Below are positions 45,435-55,040 of a stretch of DNA of 64,000 nt, piece by piece. The DNA is from an uncultured Candidatus Binatia bacterium (GTDB lineage Bacteria > Desulfobacterota > Binatia > Bin18): positions 2,982,735-3,046,734 of the forward strand of contig OZ241351.1 in NCBI GenBank assembly GCA_965200355.1, read 5' to 3'. The notes under the pieces were generated by a model. That model made no database searches and was not told the DNA's origin. It saw only the letters and a list, made by a program, of their open reading frames with translations. The translations under genes were made by a program, and so were the position numbers. Every line of letters starts with the position of its first letter. Position 1 is the stretch's first letter.

Positions 45435-45464
45435 ATGCTATGCCTGATACGGTTTGCCTGTCAA
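45435..45464 (-). promoter_or_regulatory. Putative sigma-70-type promoter of the AOR operon
   Basis: Minus strand carries TTGACA (45464-45459), an 18-nt spacer and TAGCAT (45440-45435), about 30 nt upstream of ATG 45406. Confidence 0.3.
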
Positions 45465-45532
45465 GCCAAAACCCCGTAAGTAAATAGGGTTTGTCCGGGC
45501 CGCAGGGTCCTTGAGGGCGGAAAGGGAACCGC

Positions 45533-45787
45533 ATGAAAAAACGTGAGACATTGATTCATCCTGAGCTCGGTCACCTCCCGGCGCGAAAAGTGCTGGAGTG
45601 TATTTTTGCCTTATCCCCCACAGGGAAGTATGCCCATCATCATCTTGAAGAAGTCAGGACGAGCGAGCCGGACGGCGAGATTACCTATACGCTGACCGGT
45701 GCGCCACCCGCCGCCGGCCGGGAACGCTGCCGAATCATCCCGCCCTTTGTCCGTGAATTTGACCCGCCGGCATTTCCAACGCCATAA
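45533..45787 (+). CDS. Hypothetical protein
   Basis: ORF with AAGGGA upstream. No family recognised. Confidence 0.35.
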   Translation: MKKRETLIHPELGHLPARKVLECIFALSPTGKYAHHHLEEVRTSEPDGEITYTLTGAPPAAGRERCRIIPPFVREFDPPAFPTP

Positions 45788-45799
45788 GGAGCCCTGTTC

Positions 45800-46252
45800 A
45801 TGAATGTCACCTCTCTCACCCCCGCCCAAGCCTTTGAGCGCCTGGAGACCGACACCGCGACAACCTACGTCGATGTCCGCACCGTGGCCGAATTCGTCAC
45901 TGACCATCCAAAAGGACACGCCGGAAAAATCATCAACGTCCCGATTGTCTTCTTTCACCCAACCACGCAGGCAGTCTTTCAAAATGAAAGCTTTGAGCTG
46001 GTGATGGCTGAGGTCTGCCCGAAGGAGGCCCCGTTAATAGTCGGCTGTGAAAAAGGGCCACGGGCACAGCAGGCGGTTGAGCGCCTGACTGCCGCCGGCT
46101 ATGAAAACGTGTCGATCATGGAAGCCGGTCATGCCGGCTGGAAAGCCGCCAATTTACCAGTGACGGCCGATAATAGAGACGGGACCAGCTATGTGTCGCT
46201 CCTTACTCCGGCGAAACGAAAAAAGAAAAAGAAGAAAAGAGCCAAGCAGTAG
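45800..46252 (+). CDS. Rhodanese-domain sulfurtransferase with poly-Lys tail
   Basis: YVDVRTVAEF, active-site loop VGCEKGPRA, tail KRKKKKKKRAKQ. Confidence 0.7.
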   Translation: MNVTSLTPAQAFERLETDTATTYVDVRTVAEFVTDHPKGHAGKIINVPIVFFHPTTQAVFQNESFELVMAEVCPKEAPLIVGCEKGPRAQQAVERLTAAGYENVSIMEAGHAGWKAANLPVTADNRDGTSYVSLLTPAKRKKKKKKRAKQ

Positions 46253-46333
46253 ACTGCGCCTCATCGCCTCACGCCCTACGGTCATTGAGAGCCTTGTGCG
46301 TCAGGAGACTGCGGATTCCTCTGAACGCTGAAC

Positions 46334-47485
46334 ATGCTGCATCCTTGGCTGGCTGCCGCCGGCTGTCTGCTCGCCGGCGGTTGCCTCATCCTGTGTCCCG
46401 TACCGACCAAAGCCGGTGAGGATTACCGTTCCGTTATCGCGCGTCAGGAAACAGCCGTCCTCCGTTTTCTCCGCGCCTTTGAACATTTACAGGAACATCT
46501 GCACCCAGCCAAATTGGCTCAGCAACAGGCCAATCTGAGCCAAACGGTCGGAACGCTGTTCGTTCACCTCCGGTCGGAATTGCGGACCCTGGAACCCCCG
46601 CCGGAGCGGCAGAGTTTCCACCGGACTTGGCGCGAGGCTCTTGGCCTGCTGAATACCGCGTATGGGATTTTTATCCGCGGCGAGCGGTCCGGTTTTATCC
46701 GCGCGTTTATGCAGAGCCGCTCAGCCTTCACCCGCGCCTGCTATCTGCTGTATACCATCCGAGCCGACACGCCGACCCTACGGGCATATTGGGTGCTGCC
46801 GGAGGCCGTCACCACCCTGCCCACGTTAGAAACAGCCGCCACCTCAAGACCGCACCCGGTTGGTATTACGCATCATCCGAGCACAAGCACGCATGGAGCG
46901 TATTCACTCTATGTGCCTGAGCATTATGATCCGCAGCAACACTGGCCGCTGATTATCGCCCTGCACGGTGGGGGTGGGGCCAATGACGAGTACTTGCTGA
47001 CGTGGTTGCGACCGGCTAAAAGCGAAGGCTATATCGTGCTCGCGCCCAAATCTCTCGGCCTGACCTGGGCAGTTGAGAAGCCGGAGCCGGATGTCGTGTC
47101 TATTACCTCCATGCTCATGGCCGTGCGCCAACGCTACGCTATCGACCCCGACCGGATTCTTGTCACCGGCTTGTCAGATGGAGGCACGTTTGCATATGCC
47201 CTCGGCGCGAGTCGTCCTCATCTTTTTGGGGCGATTGCTCCGGTCGCCGGGACCTTACCTCCCTGGCTTGATGTGCAAAAGGCCGTGGCCTTGCCTTTTC
47301 TGATTATCCACGGGGGCCAGGATTTTATTTTCCCCGTGGCGGTGGCTCGCCTGGCACACGCCACGCTGGTCGAAAACGGCCTGACAGCAGTCACCTTTAC
47401 CGAGCTGCCGGAGTGGGGGCACGCCTACCCGTACTCTATCAACGAGACCATTATTCTGCCCTGGTTTGCACGCATGTTTGAATGA
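46334..47485 (+). CDS. Alpha/beta-hydrolase (esterase/carboxylesterase-like) with N-terminal extra domain
   Basis: LIIALHGGGG. Nucleophile elbow GLSDGG. IIHGGQDFIFP. Confidence 0.55.
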   Translation: MLHPWLAAAGCLLAGGCLILCPVPTKAGEDYRSVIARQETAVLRFLRAFEHLQEHLHPAKLAQQQANLSQTVGTLFVHLRSELRTLEPPPERQSFHRTWREALGLLNTAYGIFIRGERSGFIRAFMQSRSAFTRACYLLYTIRADTPTLRAYWVLPEAVTTLPTLETAATSRPHPVGITHHPSTSTHGAYSLYVPEHYDPQQHWPLIIALHGGGGANDEYLLTWLRPAKSEGYIVLAPKSLGLTWAVEKPEPDVVSITSMLMAVRQRYAIDPDRILVTGLSDGGTFAYALGASRPHLFGAIAPVAGTLPPWLDVQKAVALPFLIIHGGQDFIFPVAVARLAHATLVENGLTAVTFTELPEWGHAYPYSINETIILPWFARMFE

Positions 47486-47535
47486 GAGTCGCAGTGATAT
47501 GAGGTCATGCTTTCCCAATACCCGAGGAGGATCGA

Positions 47536-48840
47536 ATGAGTCCACGCATGGATGCTGCCCTGCCGATACAGCCGGCTGAGAGGGTGAATATCTCGGTGCA
47601 GAAAGACTTTGATGCCGAGGTGCATCGCTGGAGCCGGAAATACCCCAAGCTCGGCACCGGGCCGGTCTCGGTTGAGCCCCTGGTGTCTCAGGCCTGGTTT
47701 GAGGCTGAACGCGACTATATTTACAAAAAATGCTGGCTCCACGTCGGAACGGTGGATACTATCCCCAATCCCGGCGACTATTTTGTCCACGAGATCGCCA
47801 TTGCCAAGGCATCTATTGTTCTCATTCGGGGCAAAGACCATATCGTGCGAGGGTTTTACAATGTCTGTCGCCATCGGGGCAATAAGCTGGTCTGGGACTA
47901 TAAAGGCTCAAGCGCCTGCTATCTGAGTTGCAAATTTCATGGCTGGGTCTACGACGCCGCCGGCAATCTGGAAAACGTGCCGGACGGGGAGCGCTTTTAC
48001 GAGCAGCTGGAGGGCCGGGCTAACCTGATTCCGGTTCACACCGAGGTGTGGGAGGGCTTTATCTTCGTCAATCTCGACCCGCAGCCGACCGAGACCCTGG
48101 AAGAATATCTGGGAGCAGCTGGCCGGCGCATGAAGGATTTTCCGTTTCAGCGCGTCCCGCTTCAGTTTCATTATCAGTCCTATCAACGTGCCAACTGGAA
48201 GCTGATGCTGGACGCGCAGTCCGAAATCTATCACGTGCGCTATCTGCACAGTTATTCCTGGCCGGGTGTCTTTACCCGCCCGGACAATCCCTATGGCCAT
48301 GCCTATGAACTGGACCTGTACGACCGCCATCGTGTCGGCAATTGGCCCGGAAATAAGTATTTTCAGCCCAAAGAAGTTGAAGGGATCGCTCTCAGCAAAT
48401 CGGCCGCCATCACCTCCAGAGATAACGATTTTGTGCTGCCCACCGGCCAGGGTATCAATGTCACCAACGCGGACGACTGGGGCTTTGATATTGTCCATAT
48501 TTTTCCGAATCTCAACATCCTGATTCTGCCGGGGGTGTGGCATACGCATCAGTTCTGGCCCATCTCCGCCAACGAAGCCCTGTGGGAACTCAAGATTCAT
48601 ATGCCGAACGCGACCACCCCAAGCCAGCGTTTTGGGCAGGAATATAATAAAATCCTCCTGCGCGACGCCTTGCTTGAAGACGGTGCCACGCATGAACATA
48701 CTCAGGACGCCCTGGAGACCGGCGCGATTGAGCAGATGTATCTCCAAGACGAGGAGCTTTTTGTCCGGCATGGGTATTGGGCAGTCGAGCAGGAGATTCG
48801 CGCCAGGCGCGATGGGGTCCGCGACTCCCTGTTTGCGTAG
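47536..48840 (+). CDS. Rieske non-haem iron oxygenase alpha subunit
   Basis: Rieske ligands CRHRG...CKFHGW. C-terminal catalytic domain length is consistent. Confidence 0.8.
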   Translation: MSPRMDAALPIQPAERVNISVQKDFDAEVHRWSRKYPKLGTGPVSVEPLVSQAWFEAERDYIYKKCWLHVGTVDTIPNPGDYFVHEIAIAKASIVLIRGKDHIVRGFYNVCRHRGNKLVWDYKGSSACYLSCKFHGWVYDAAGNLENVPDGERFYEQLEGRANLIPVHTEVWEGFIFVNLDPQPTETLEEYLGAAGRRMKDFPFQRVPLQFHYQSYQRANWKLMLDAQSEIYHVRYLHSYSWPGVFTRPDNPYGHAYELDLYDRHRVGNWPGNKYFQPKEVEGIALSKSAAITSRDNDFVLPTGQGINVTNADDWGFDIVHIFPNLNILILPGVWHTHQFWPISANEALWELKIHMPNATTPSQRFGQEYNKILLRDALLEDGATHEHTQDALETGAIEQMYLQDEELFVRHGYWAVEQEIRARRDGVRDSLFA

Positions 48841-48859
48841 GCTCCGCTGAGGACCGAGC

Positions 48860-49243
48860 ATGGCCGAGGCCCTTTTACCGCAAGAATTTGCCGACCTCGA
48901 ACCGCTCGCCCAGGCCGGCTGGTGCCTGGCGACCGAACGGGAACGGACCAAAAAGCGGCGGACCAGCACCACCGAGGACCTGCGCGCATTTTACGCAACG
49001 GTGCGGCCCCGCCTTGAAGCCGCCCTGGTGTATCTGGACCAGTTTCCTGTCGATAATATGCCAATCAAAGAGCAAAACCTCTTCGCCCTCACCCTCAGTA
49101 TGACCGAAGTGGCCTTTGCCGTGGAGAAATATCAGGGCAATCCCAGTGGCTTTCAGGCTATTGCGGCCTCACGCTTTGTGCCGGTTCACGACCTGCCCTC
49201 GGGTGCTGCCCCCAAGCCAACCTTGTATAAAGCCGACGATTAG
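48860..49243 (+). CDS. Hypothetical protein
   Basis: ORF tightly spaced between the oxygenase and EthD genes. No family recognised. Confidence 0.45.
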   Translation: MAEALLPQEFADLEPLAQAGWCLATERERTKKRRTSTTEDLRAFYATVRPRLEAALVYLDQFPVDNMPIKEQNLFALTLSMTEVAFAVEKYQGNPSGFQAIAASRFVPVHDLPSGAAPKPTLYKADD

Positions 49244-49255
49244 AAAGGACGAAAA

Positions 49256-49945
49256 ATGATTAAAGGATTTGCGTTGATACCGAAGAAGCCAGACATCAGT
49301 CATGAGCAGTTTCATCGCCACTGGCGCGAGGTCCATGCCCCGTTAGCCGTACACATCACAGCGTTGAGGCGCTATGTGCAAAGTCATCGGACAGCAGACA
49401 TCCCCGGAGTCCCGACGAGTCCCTACGAAGGTATGGCTGAAATTTGGTTCGACGACCTGGAGACAGGTCAGGGGTTGGGTCACAACCCCGAGTATATCAA
49501 CGGCGCGTATGCGGATGAGCCCAATTTTATTGCGGACGCCGGCCCGTCGTTCTTAATGACCCGTGAAAACGTGGTCGTTCCAGGCCCGGAGTTGGCCAAA
49601 GACGCGCCAGGCGTCAAATCACTCTTTCTGCTCAAACGGAAACCGGGGCTCAGCGTTGCCGAATTTCAAGAGCACTGGCGGAATGTCCACGCCCCCATCG
49701 TTCCCAAAACGCCGGGGCTCCGACGCTATGTCCAATGCCACGTCGCACCCGAGACGTATGAGACCGGGACGCCGGCGTTCGACGGTGTGGCCGAGCTGTC
49801 CTGGGCAGATCTGACCGCGTTTGAAACAGGCTGGCAGTCGGACGAGATGCAGATTGAACAGATTCAGGGCGATGTGCCAAACTTCATTGACCTCCAAAAT
49901 TCAGTGGGTCTGTTGGCCGAAGAAATCCGCATTATCTGGCCCTGA
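49256..49945 (+). CDS. Tandem EthD-domain protein
   Basis: Two copies of the EthD opening (SHEQFHRHWREVHAPL and SVAEFQEHWRNVHAPI). Confidence 0.7.
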   Translation: MIKGFALIPKKPDISHEQFHRHWREVHAPLAVHITALRRYVQSHRTADIPGVPTSPYEGMAEIWFDDLETGQGLGHNPEYINGAYADEPNFIADAGPSFLMTRENVVVPGPELAKDAPGVKSLFLLKRKPGLSVAEFQEHWRNVHAPIVPKTPGLRRYVQCHVAPETYETGTPAFDGVAELSWADLTAFETGWQSDEMQIEQIQGDVPNFIDLQNSVGLLAEEIRIIWP

Positions 49946-50058
49946 GTATGCGACCCCATTCTGCTCTGCCGCCCTCCCCTCTCATCAGGAGAGATGCAGG
50001 CGACCTTATTATTAGTCATACTCCTGGCTAACTTGAGACCTCAGGCAGGGAGCCGACG

Positions 50059-50400
50059 ATGACAACGGTGAATATCCATCAAGCAAAGACCAATTTGTCG
50101 CGCCTACTCGCGCAAGTCGAGGGCGGCAAGGAAGTTATCATTGCCCGCAACGGCACGCCGGTAGCGCGGCTTGGCAAACTTCCGAGCGCCGAGGGGCTGG
50201 TCCTTGATATAAGCGGGGCTATTCAAACGAATCACACTTCGACCGGTACGGCGTTCGCCGCCTCTGGGATGAGGGATAGATTCGCCGCCGGTCCACCCGG
50301 CGTAGCGGCTCAGGCGGCCTTTTGTCGCATGGTGACGAATTCTTCGGCTGAGGTCGGATGGATGCCGATGGTGGCGTCAAACTGCGCTTTGGTCGCGTGA
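50059..50400 (+). CDS. Phd/YefM-type antitoxin N-terminal domain with atypical C-terminal extension
   Basis: MTTVNIHQAKTNLSRLLAQVEGGKEVIIARNGTPVARL is a textbook Phd/YefM opening. No toxin ORF follows. The 3' 91 nt overlap the convergent gor gene. Confidence 0.5.
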   Translation: MTTVNIHQAKTNLSRLLAQVEGGKEVIIARNGTPVARLGKLPSAEGLVLDISGAIQTNHTSTGTAFAASGMRDRFAAGPPGVAAQAAFCRMVTNSSAEVGWMPMVASNCALVA

Positions 50401-51662
50401 CATTTGATGGCGACGGCCAGCCCCTGAATAATTTCTCCAGCCTCCGGGCCGGTCATATGGCAGCCAATCACCCGGTCGGATTTGGGGTCAACAACAATTT
50501 TCATAAAGGTCTTCTCATTCCGCCCGCTGAGCGTGTGCTTTAAGGACCGGAAGGAAGATTTATAGATGTCAACAGCGCCGTATTCCTGACGCGCCTCCTC
50601 TTCCGTCAGACCGACCGTCCCAATGCTCGGATGGCTGAAGACCGCGGTAGCCACATTCATGTGATCCGGCCGGGTGGGATTCTGATTAAAGAGGGTTTCC
50701 GCCACGGCCTGACCCTCGGCAATGGCCATGGGCGTCAGGTTCAGCCTGTTGGTAACATCGCCGACAGCGTAGATGTGAGGGATGTTGGTCTGCGAGTAGG
50801 CGTCCACGCATACCGCGCCGCTCTCGTCCGTCTCAATGCCGGCAGCCTCAAGGCCGAGGCCCTTTGAGTTGGGCAAGCGACCGGTGGCGTACATGATGAT
50901 ATCGGCCTCAAGCTTACTCTGGTCGTTCAGCCTTGCTTTGATGCCGTGCGGGGTTTTTTCAATCCGCGTCACATCCGCGTGAAAGCGCAAGTCCACTCCA
51001 CGCTTGCCCATTTCGTCAGCCAGGACTTGCCTGACATCAGTATCAAAGCCGCGCAGAAACAGGTCCCCCCGATAGAGTTCGGTCACTGCTGAGCCCAGCC
51101 CATGAAAGATGGTCGCAAACTCGACCGCAATATAGCCGCCGCCCACAATAATCACGCGCTTGGGCAGTGTCTCCAGATAAAAAGCTTCATTGGAGGTAAT
51201 CGCATGTTCAATACCCGGCGTTTGGGGAAAAGCCGGCCAGCTTCCGGTGGCGAGCAAAATATATTCCGACGTGTACCGCTGCCCGCTGACCTCGATGGTG
51301 TGGCGATCAACGAGGCGGGCGGTGCCTTCAATAATTTCCGCGCCGGCACCTTCAAGCAGCGTACGATAAATGCCGTTCAGCCGCTTGATTTCCTTGTCTT
51401 TATTCTGAATCAGCTTTTGCCAATCCACGGTCCGCTCTCCAACCGTCCAGCCAAAGCCGGCAGCATCCTCGAAATGGTCCCGAAACTCGGAAGCGTACAC
51501 CAGGAGTTTCTTTGGAATACAGCCCACGTTGACGCAGGTGCCGCCCAGATAGCGTTCCTCGACGACCGCGGTTTTGGCTCCATACGCGGCCGCGACCCGA
51601 CTCGCCCGCACCCCGCCGGAGCCGGCTCCCAGCACAAAGAAATCATAATCGTAGCGTCCCAT
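50310..51662 (-). CDS. gor: Glutathione-disulfide reductase
   Basis: GAGSGGVRA. Redox-active GGTCVNVGCIPKK. C-terminal HPTSAEEFVTMR. Confidence 0.85.
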   Translation of the reverse strand: MGRYDYDFFVLGAGSGGVRASRVAAAYGAKTAVVEERYLGGTCVNVGCIPKKLLVYASEFRDHFEDAAGFGWTVGERTVDWQKLIQNKDKEIKRLNGIYRTLLEGAGAEIIEGTARLVDRHTIEVSGQRYTSEYILLATGSWPAFPQTPGIEHAITSNEAFYLETLPKRVIIVGGGYIAVEFATIFHGLGSAVTELYRGDLFLRGFDTDVRQVLADEMGKRGVDLRFHADVTRIEKTPHGIKARLNDQSKLEADIIMYATGRLPNSKGLGLEAAGIETDESGAVCVDAYSQTNIPHIYAVGDVTNRLNLTPMAIAEGQAVAETLFNQNPTRPDHMNVATAVFSHPSIGTVGLTEEEARQEYGAVDIYKSSFRSLKHTLSGRNEKTFMKIVVDPKSDRVIGCHMTGPEAGEIIQGLAVAIKCHATKAQFDATIGIHPTSAEEFVTMRQKAA

Positions 51663-51691
51663 CTGTTCTTACTCCTTCGCTGTCGCTACGC

Positions 51692-52051
51692 TCAGGACGA
51701 ACGGGCCGTCTCCTCCCCGCCCTGGGGTCCGTAGAAAATCGCCCACAGCATCAGACCATCAGTGCAATTTTCAAAGCGATGCGCGGCCCGGGCCGGCACA
51801 AACAGCATATCGCCGGTCTTGAACGGGTGGCGTTCGTTGTCAACGATGAGCGTCCCGCTCCCGTTCATGGGGATATACAGTTCGTCCTGGTCGTGGGGTT
51901 CCTGGTCGTCCGGGTTGGGCGGACGGTAGACCAGGGTAAACATCGAGCCGTGCGCGAGGCCGAGGCCATAGGGGCGTGGGTCGTGGCTGCCAATCTTGCC
52001 TATTGTCTCTTGGTAATCGGAAACCATCCCGCGTGTTTTGCTTGTGCTCAT
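51692..52051 (-). CDS. Cupin-domain protein
   Basis: HDQDELYIPMNGSGTL...GDMLFVPARAAHRFEN matches the cupin motif 1 and 2 pattern. Confidence 0.6.
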   Translation of the reverse strand: MSTSKTRGMVSDYQETIGKIGSHDPRPYGLGLAHGSMFTLVYRPPNPDDQEPHDQDELYIPMNGSGTLIVDNERHPFKTGDMLFVPARAAHRFENCTDGLMLWAIFYGPQGGEETARSS

Positions 52052-52079
52052 AGGTCGCCTCTGCGCGTCTTCAGCCGCC

Positions 52080-54524
52080 TCATTCCCCGCCGGTCTGCAT
52101 CTGCGCCCGGTCCAGCATGATGAGCACCCGCTCCGGGGTCAGCGGCACCTCATTGACCCGCACCCCAAACGGTGACAGCGCGTCGGCCACGGCATTGGCA
52201 ATTGCCGCCGGTGGGGCAATTGCCCCGCCTTCACCCATGCCCTTGATGCCACCAAGCGTATACGGCGACGGCGTTTCAATATGGGCGATTTCTACCTGGG
52301 GCACATCCGCAGCAGTGGGAATCAGATAGTCCATGAATGTACCGGTCAGGAATTGACCCGTGTCATCGTATAGCGCGTGTTCGTATAGCGCTGAGCCTAT
52401 CCCCTGGGCCACGCCGCCTTGAATCTGGCCGTTCACGATAGTGGGGTTGATTATCGTACCGCAGTCTTCAACCACGATATAGCGCAAGAGCTGGACCTGA
52501 CCGGTTTCAATATCAACCGCAACCGTGGCCACATGGGTCGCATTGGAGTGGGTAATCGGTGGGGGTTCGTAGGCCACGCTGGCGTCCAGCCCCGGTTGTT
52601 CATCGGCCGGCAGGCCCGTCGGTTGAGCAATAATCCGGTGCGCCAGCTCGGGGATGGAGAGTAAGCGCACCGCGCCAGTTTTCCGTTGGACCGCACCGTG
52701 GACCAGTTCAAGGTCGTCTCCGGGCACTTCCGTCAGGCGCGCCGCAATGCGGAGCAGCTTCTCCCCCAGCTTTTGCGCCGCCGAAGTCACAGCCCCCCCA
52801 CCCGTCACCGCACTCCGACTGGCCCAGGTGCCCCACCCGCGCGGGGTGGCCTGGGTGTCGCCTTGGACAACGGCCACGTCTTTGAGCGCAACGCCCAGCC
52901 GGTCGGCGATCAGCTGGGCATAGACCGTATGGTGACCCTGGCCGTGCGAGTGCGTTCCAACAAAGGCCGTGACCTTGCCGGACTCATCCATACGCAGCGT
53001 CGCCGATTCATAGCCACCAATTTTGACGCCAAAGGAGTCAAACACGGCCGAGTTATGGGCCGTGCCTTCTACATACGCGCCTATCCCCACGCCAAGATAG
53101 CGGCCCTGCTCACGCGCCTTTTTTTGCGCTGCCCGAAAGTCTGCATAGCCCAGGATATCCAGCGCCTTTTGGAGAGATTCTTGGTGGCTGCCGCTCTCAA
53201 TCTCTGCCCCCATCAGCGTGGTATAGGGATGCTCGTCCTGCGGGATCATATTTCGCAGCCGAATCTCTGCGGGATCAAGGCCCAGCTTGTGGGCGGCCAT
53301 ATCCAGAAGACGCTCCATTGTCAGCGCGGCAATCGGAATACCCACGCCCCGATACACCCCAATGGAAGCTTTATTGGTCGCGACCGTACAGGTTTCAAAA
53401 CCAAAAGCTGGGATTTTATAAGGGCCGGTTATGGACCCGGCCGCATGTTTGGGCTCAAAGGCCGAACTCCAGGGATAGGACGAATAGCCCCCTGCATCGC
53501 TCAAGAAGCGCGCCTTGAGCCCCAGCACCCTGCCGTCGTTCCTGAGAGCTAGTTCCGCATGGACAATCTGATGCTTGGCCTGGAGAGAGGCCGACAAATT
53601 TTCACGCCGGTCTTCGATCCATTTGACCGGTTTACGCAGGGCTCTGGCGAGATAGGCGACCAGGACCTCTTCAGGAAAAAGATGCGCTTTGAGGCCAAAT
53701 CCCCCCCCCACATCTGGAGAAATGACCCGGAGCCGATGCTCCGCCAAGCCCAGCAGCGTCGCCAAGCTGGCCCGCAGCGTGTGGGGGACTTGGGTGGATG
53801 ACCAGACGGTCAGCGCCTCCGTTGCGACCTCAAATTGGGCCACGCAGCCCCGCGTTTCCAGGGGTGAAGCCATGTGGCGGCCGCTCACAAACCGTTCGGA
53901 CACAACACAGTCAGCCGCCTGAAACGCCTGGCCCACTTCGCCCAGCTGGGCTTCGAGCCGCTCCATGATGTTGTCGCCCCACTCTTCGTGGACCAGGGGG
54001 GCATCGGCGAGGAGCGCGCCTTCCATATCGGCCACGGCCTCCAGCGGCTCGTAGGCGACTTCGACAAGCTCGGCAGCGTCCTCGGCGATGTAGCGGTCTG
54101 TTGCCACCACAGCCGCCACCAGGTCCCCCACAAAACGGGCCTTGTCGGGTGTGAGCACGTGCCAGTTACAGGATTTGTGCCAGGGGACTTTCTGCGGATC
54201 AAACTCGACCCGGAGGGGCTTGATCGTCTCCAGGATGTCGGTTCCAGTCAGGACACAGGTGACACCGGGCGTGGCCAGCGCGGCCTGGACATCAATCTTC
54301 GCGATGGTGGCATGAGCGTAAGGGCTGCGGACAAAAGCGACGGCCAGCATATCGGGCAATACGAGGTCATCAACGTATTGGGTCTTCCCCAATAAGACGC
54401 GTGGGTCTTCGACCCGGCGGACCTGTGCGCCGACCATCTTGCCGGAAAGAGTAAAGGTGTCGTCCTCCCCTCGCGATAAGATGCTGGATACGTTTGCTCT
54501 TCTTTCACCTTGGGAGGCTGCCAT
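52080..54524 (-). CDS. Molybdopterin-binding large subunit of a xanthine dehydrogenase / CoxL-family enzyme
   Basis: VRRVEDPRVLLGKTQYVDD opening. Family-typical length. Active-site-loop region reads VYRGVG rather than the CO-dehydrogenase signatures. Start set after the small-subunit stop. Confidence 0.8.
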   Translation of the reverse strand: MAASQGERRANVSSILSRGEDDTFTLSGKMVGAQVRRVEDPRVLLGKTQYVDDLVLPDMLAVAFVRSPYAHATIAKIDVQAALATPGVTCVLTGTDILETIKPLRVEFDPQKVPWHKSCNWHVLTPDKARFVGDLVAAVVATDRYIAEDAAELVEVAYEPLEAVADMEGALLADAPLVHEEWGDNIMERLEAQLGEVGQAFQAADCVVSERFVSGRHMASPLETRGCVAQFEVATEALTVWSSTQVPHTLRASLATLLGLAEHRLRVISPDVGGGFGLKAHLFPEEVLVAYLARALRKPVKWIEDRRENLSASLQAKHQIVHAELALRNDGRVLGLKARFLSDAGGYSSYPWSSAFEPKHAAGSITGPYKIPAFGFETCTVATNKASIGVYRGVGIPIAALTMERLLDMAAHKLGLDPAEIRLRNMIPQDEHPYTTLMGAEIESGSHQESLQKALDILGYADFRAAQKKAREQGRYLGVGIGAYVEGTAHNSAVFDSFGVKIGGYESATLRMDESGKVTAFVGTHSHGQGHHTVYAQLIADRLGVALKDVAVVQGDTQATPRGWGTWASRSAVTGGGAVTSAAQKLGEKLLRIAARLTEVPGDDLELVHGAVQRKTGAVRLLSIPELAHRIIAQPTGLPADEQPGLDASVAYEPPPITHSNATHVATVAVDIETGQVQLLRYIVVEDCGTIINPTIVNGQIQGGVAQGIGSALYEHALYDDTGQFLTGTFMDYLIPTAADVPQVEIAHIETPSPYTLGGIKGMGEGGAIAPPAAIANAVADALSPFGVRVNEVPLTPERVLIMLDRAQMQTGGE

Positions 54525-54535
54525 ATGCCGATGTC

Positions 54536-55027
54536 CTAGGATTGAGACTGCTCGGCAACAGCCCGAACGGCTTTGACAATGTTCGCGTAGCCGGTACAGC
54601 GGCACAGATTACCGGACAGTCCGTGTCGGATTTCTTCCTCGCTCGGGTGCGAGTTCTTGGCGAGGAGGTCTACCGCGCTCATGAGGAACCCGGATGTACA
54701 GAAACCGCATTGCAGCGCATGGTTATCCCAAAAGGCTTGCTGCAACGGATGCATTTCATCTCCGTGAGCCAGGCCCTCAAGCGTTTGGAGTTCTGCCCCG
54801 TCGGCTTGAACGGCGAAGAGTAAACACGACCGCACACTCTCGCCGTCCATGATGATAGTGCACGCGCCGCACACGCCATGTTCGCAGCCGAGATGGGTCG
54901 CAGTCAGGTCCAGGTCGTGGCGGATGAAGTCAGCCAAGAGGCGGCGGACTGGCACTTCCTGTTCGTATTCGTGGCCGTTGACCCGGACGCGGATGGTCTG
55001 GTGCTCGGTGAATCGTGTATCTGCCAT
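54536..55027 (-). CDS. [2Fe-2S]-binding small subunit (CoxS-like)
   Basis: GCEHGVCGACT and CGFCTSG cluster motifs. LCRCTGY. Confidence 0.85.
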   Translation of the reverse strand: MADTRFTEHQTIRVRVNGHEYEQEVPVRRLLADFIRHDLDLTATHLGCEHGVCGACTIIMDGESVRSCLLFAVQADGAELQTLEGLAHGDEMHPLQQAFWDNHALQCGFCTSGFLMSAVDLLAKNSHPSEEEIRHGLSGNLCRCTGYANIVKAVRAVAEQSQS

Positions 55028-55040
55028 ATCCCTGACTCCC

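Noticed and set aside
46201-46252. A/G-rich tract AAACGAAAAAAGAAAAAGAAGAAAAGAGCC at the end of the rhodanese gene, considered as a slippery or phase-variable site.
   Set aside because: The runs are interrupted, with no long pure homopolymer. The tract simply encodes a poly-Lys tail followed directly by the stop, and there is no alternative downstream frame of interest.
54525-54605. Upstream extension of the CoxL-like ORF to ATG 54605.
   Set aside because: The extension overlaps the small-subunit gene and translates to Cys/Arg-rich sequence. ATG 54524 lies just after the small-subunit stop.
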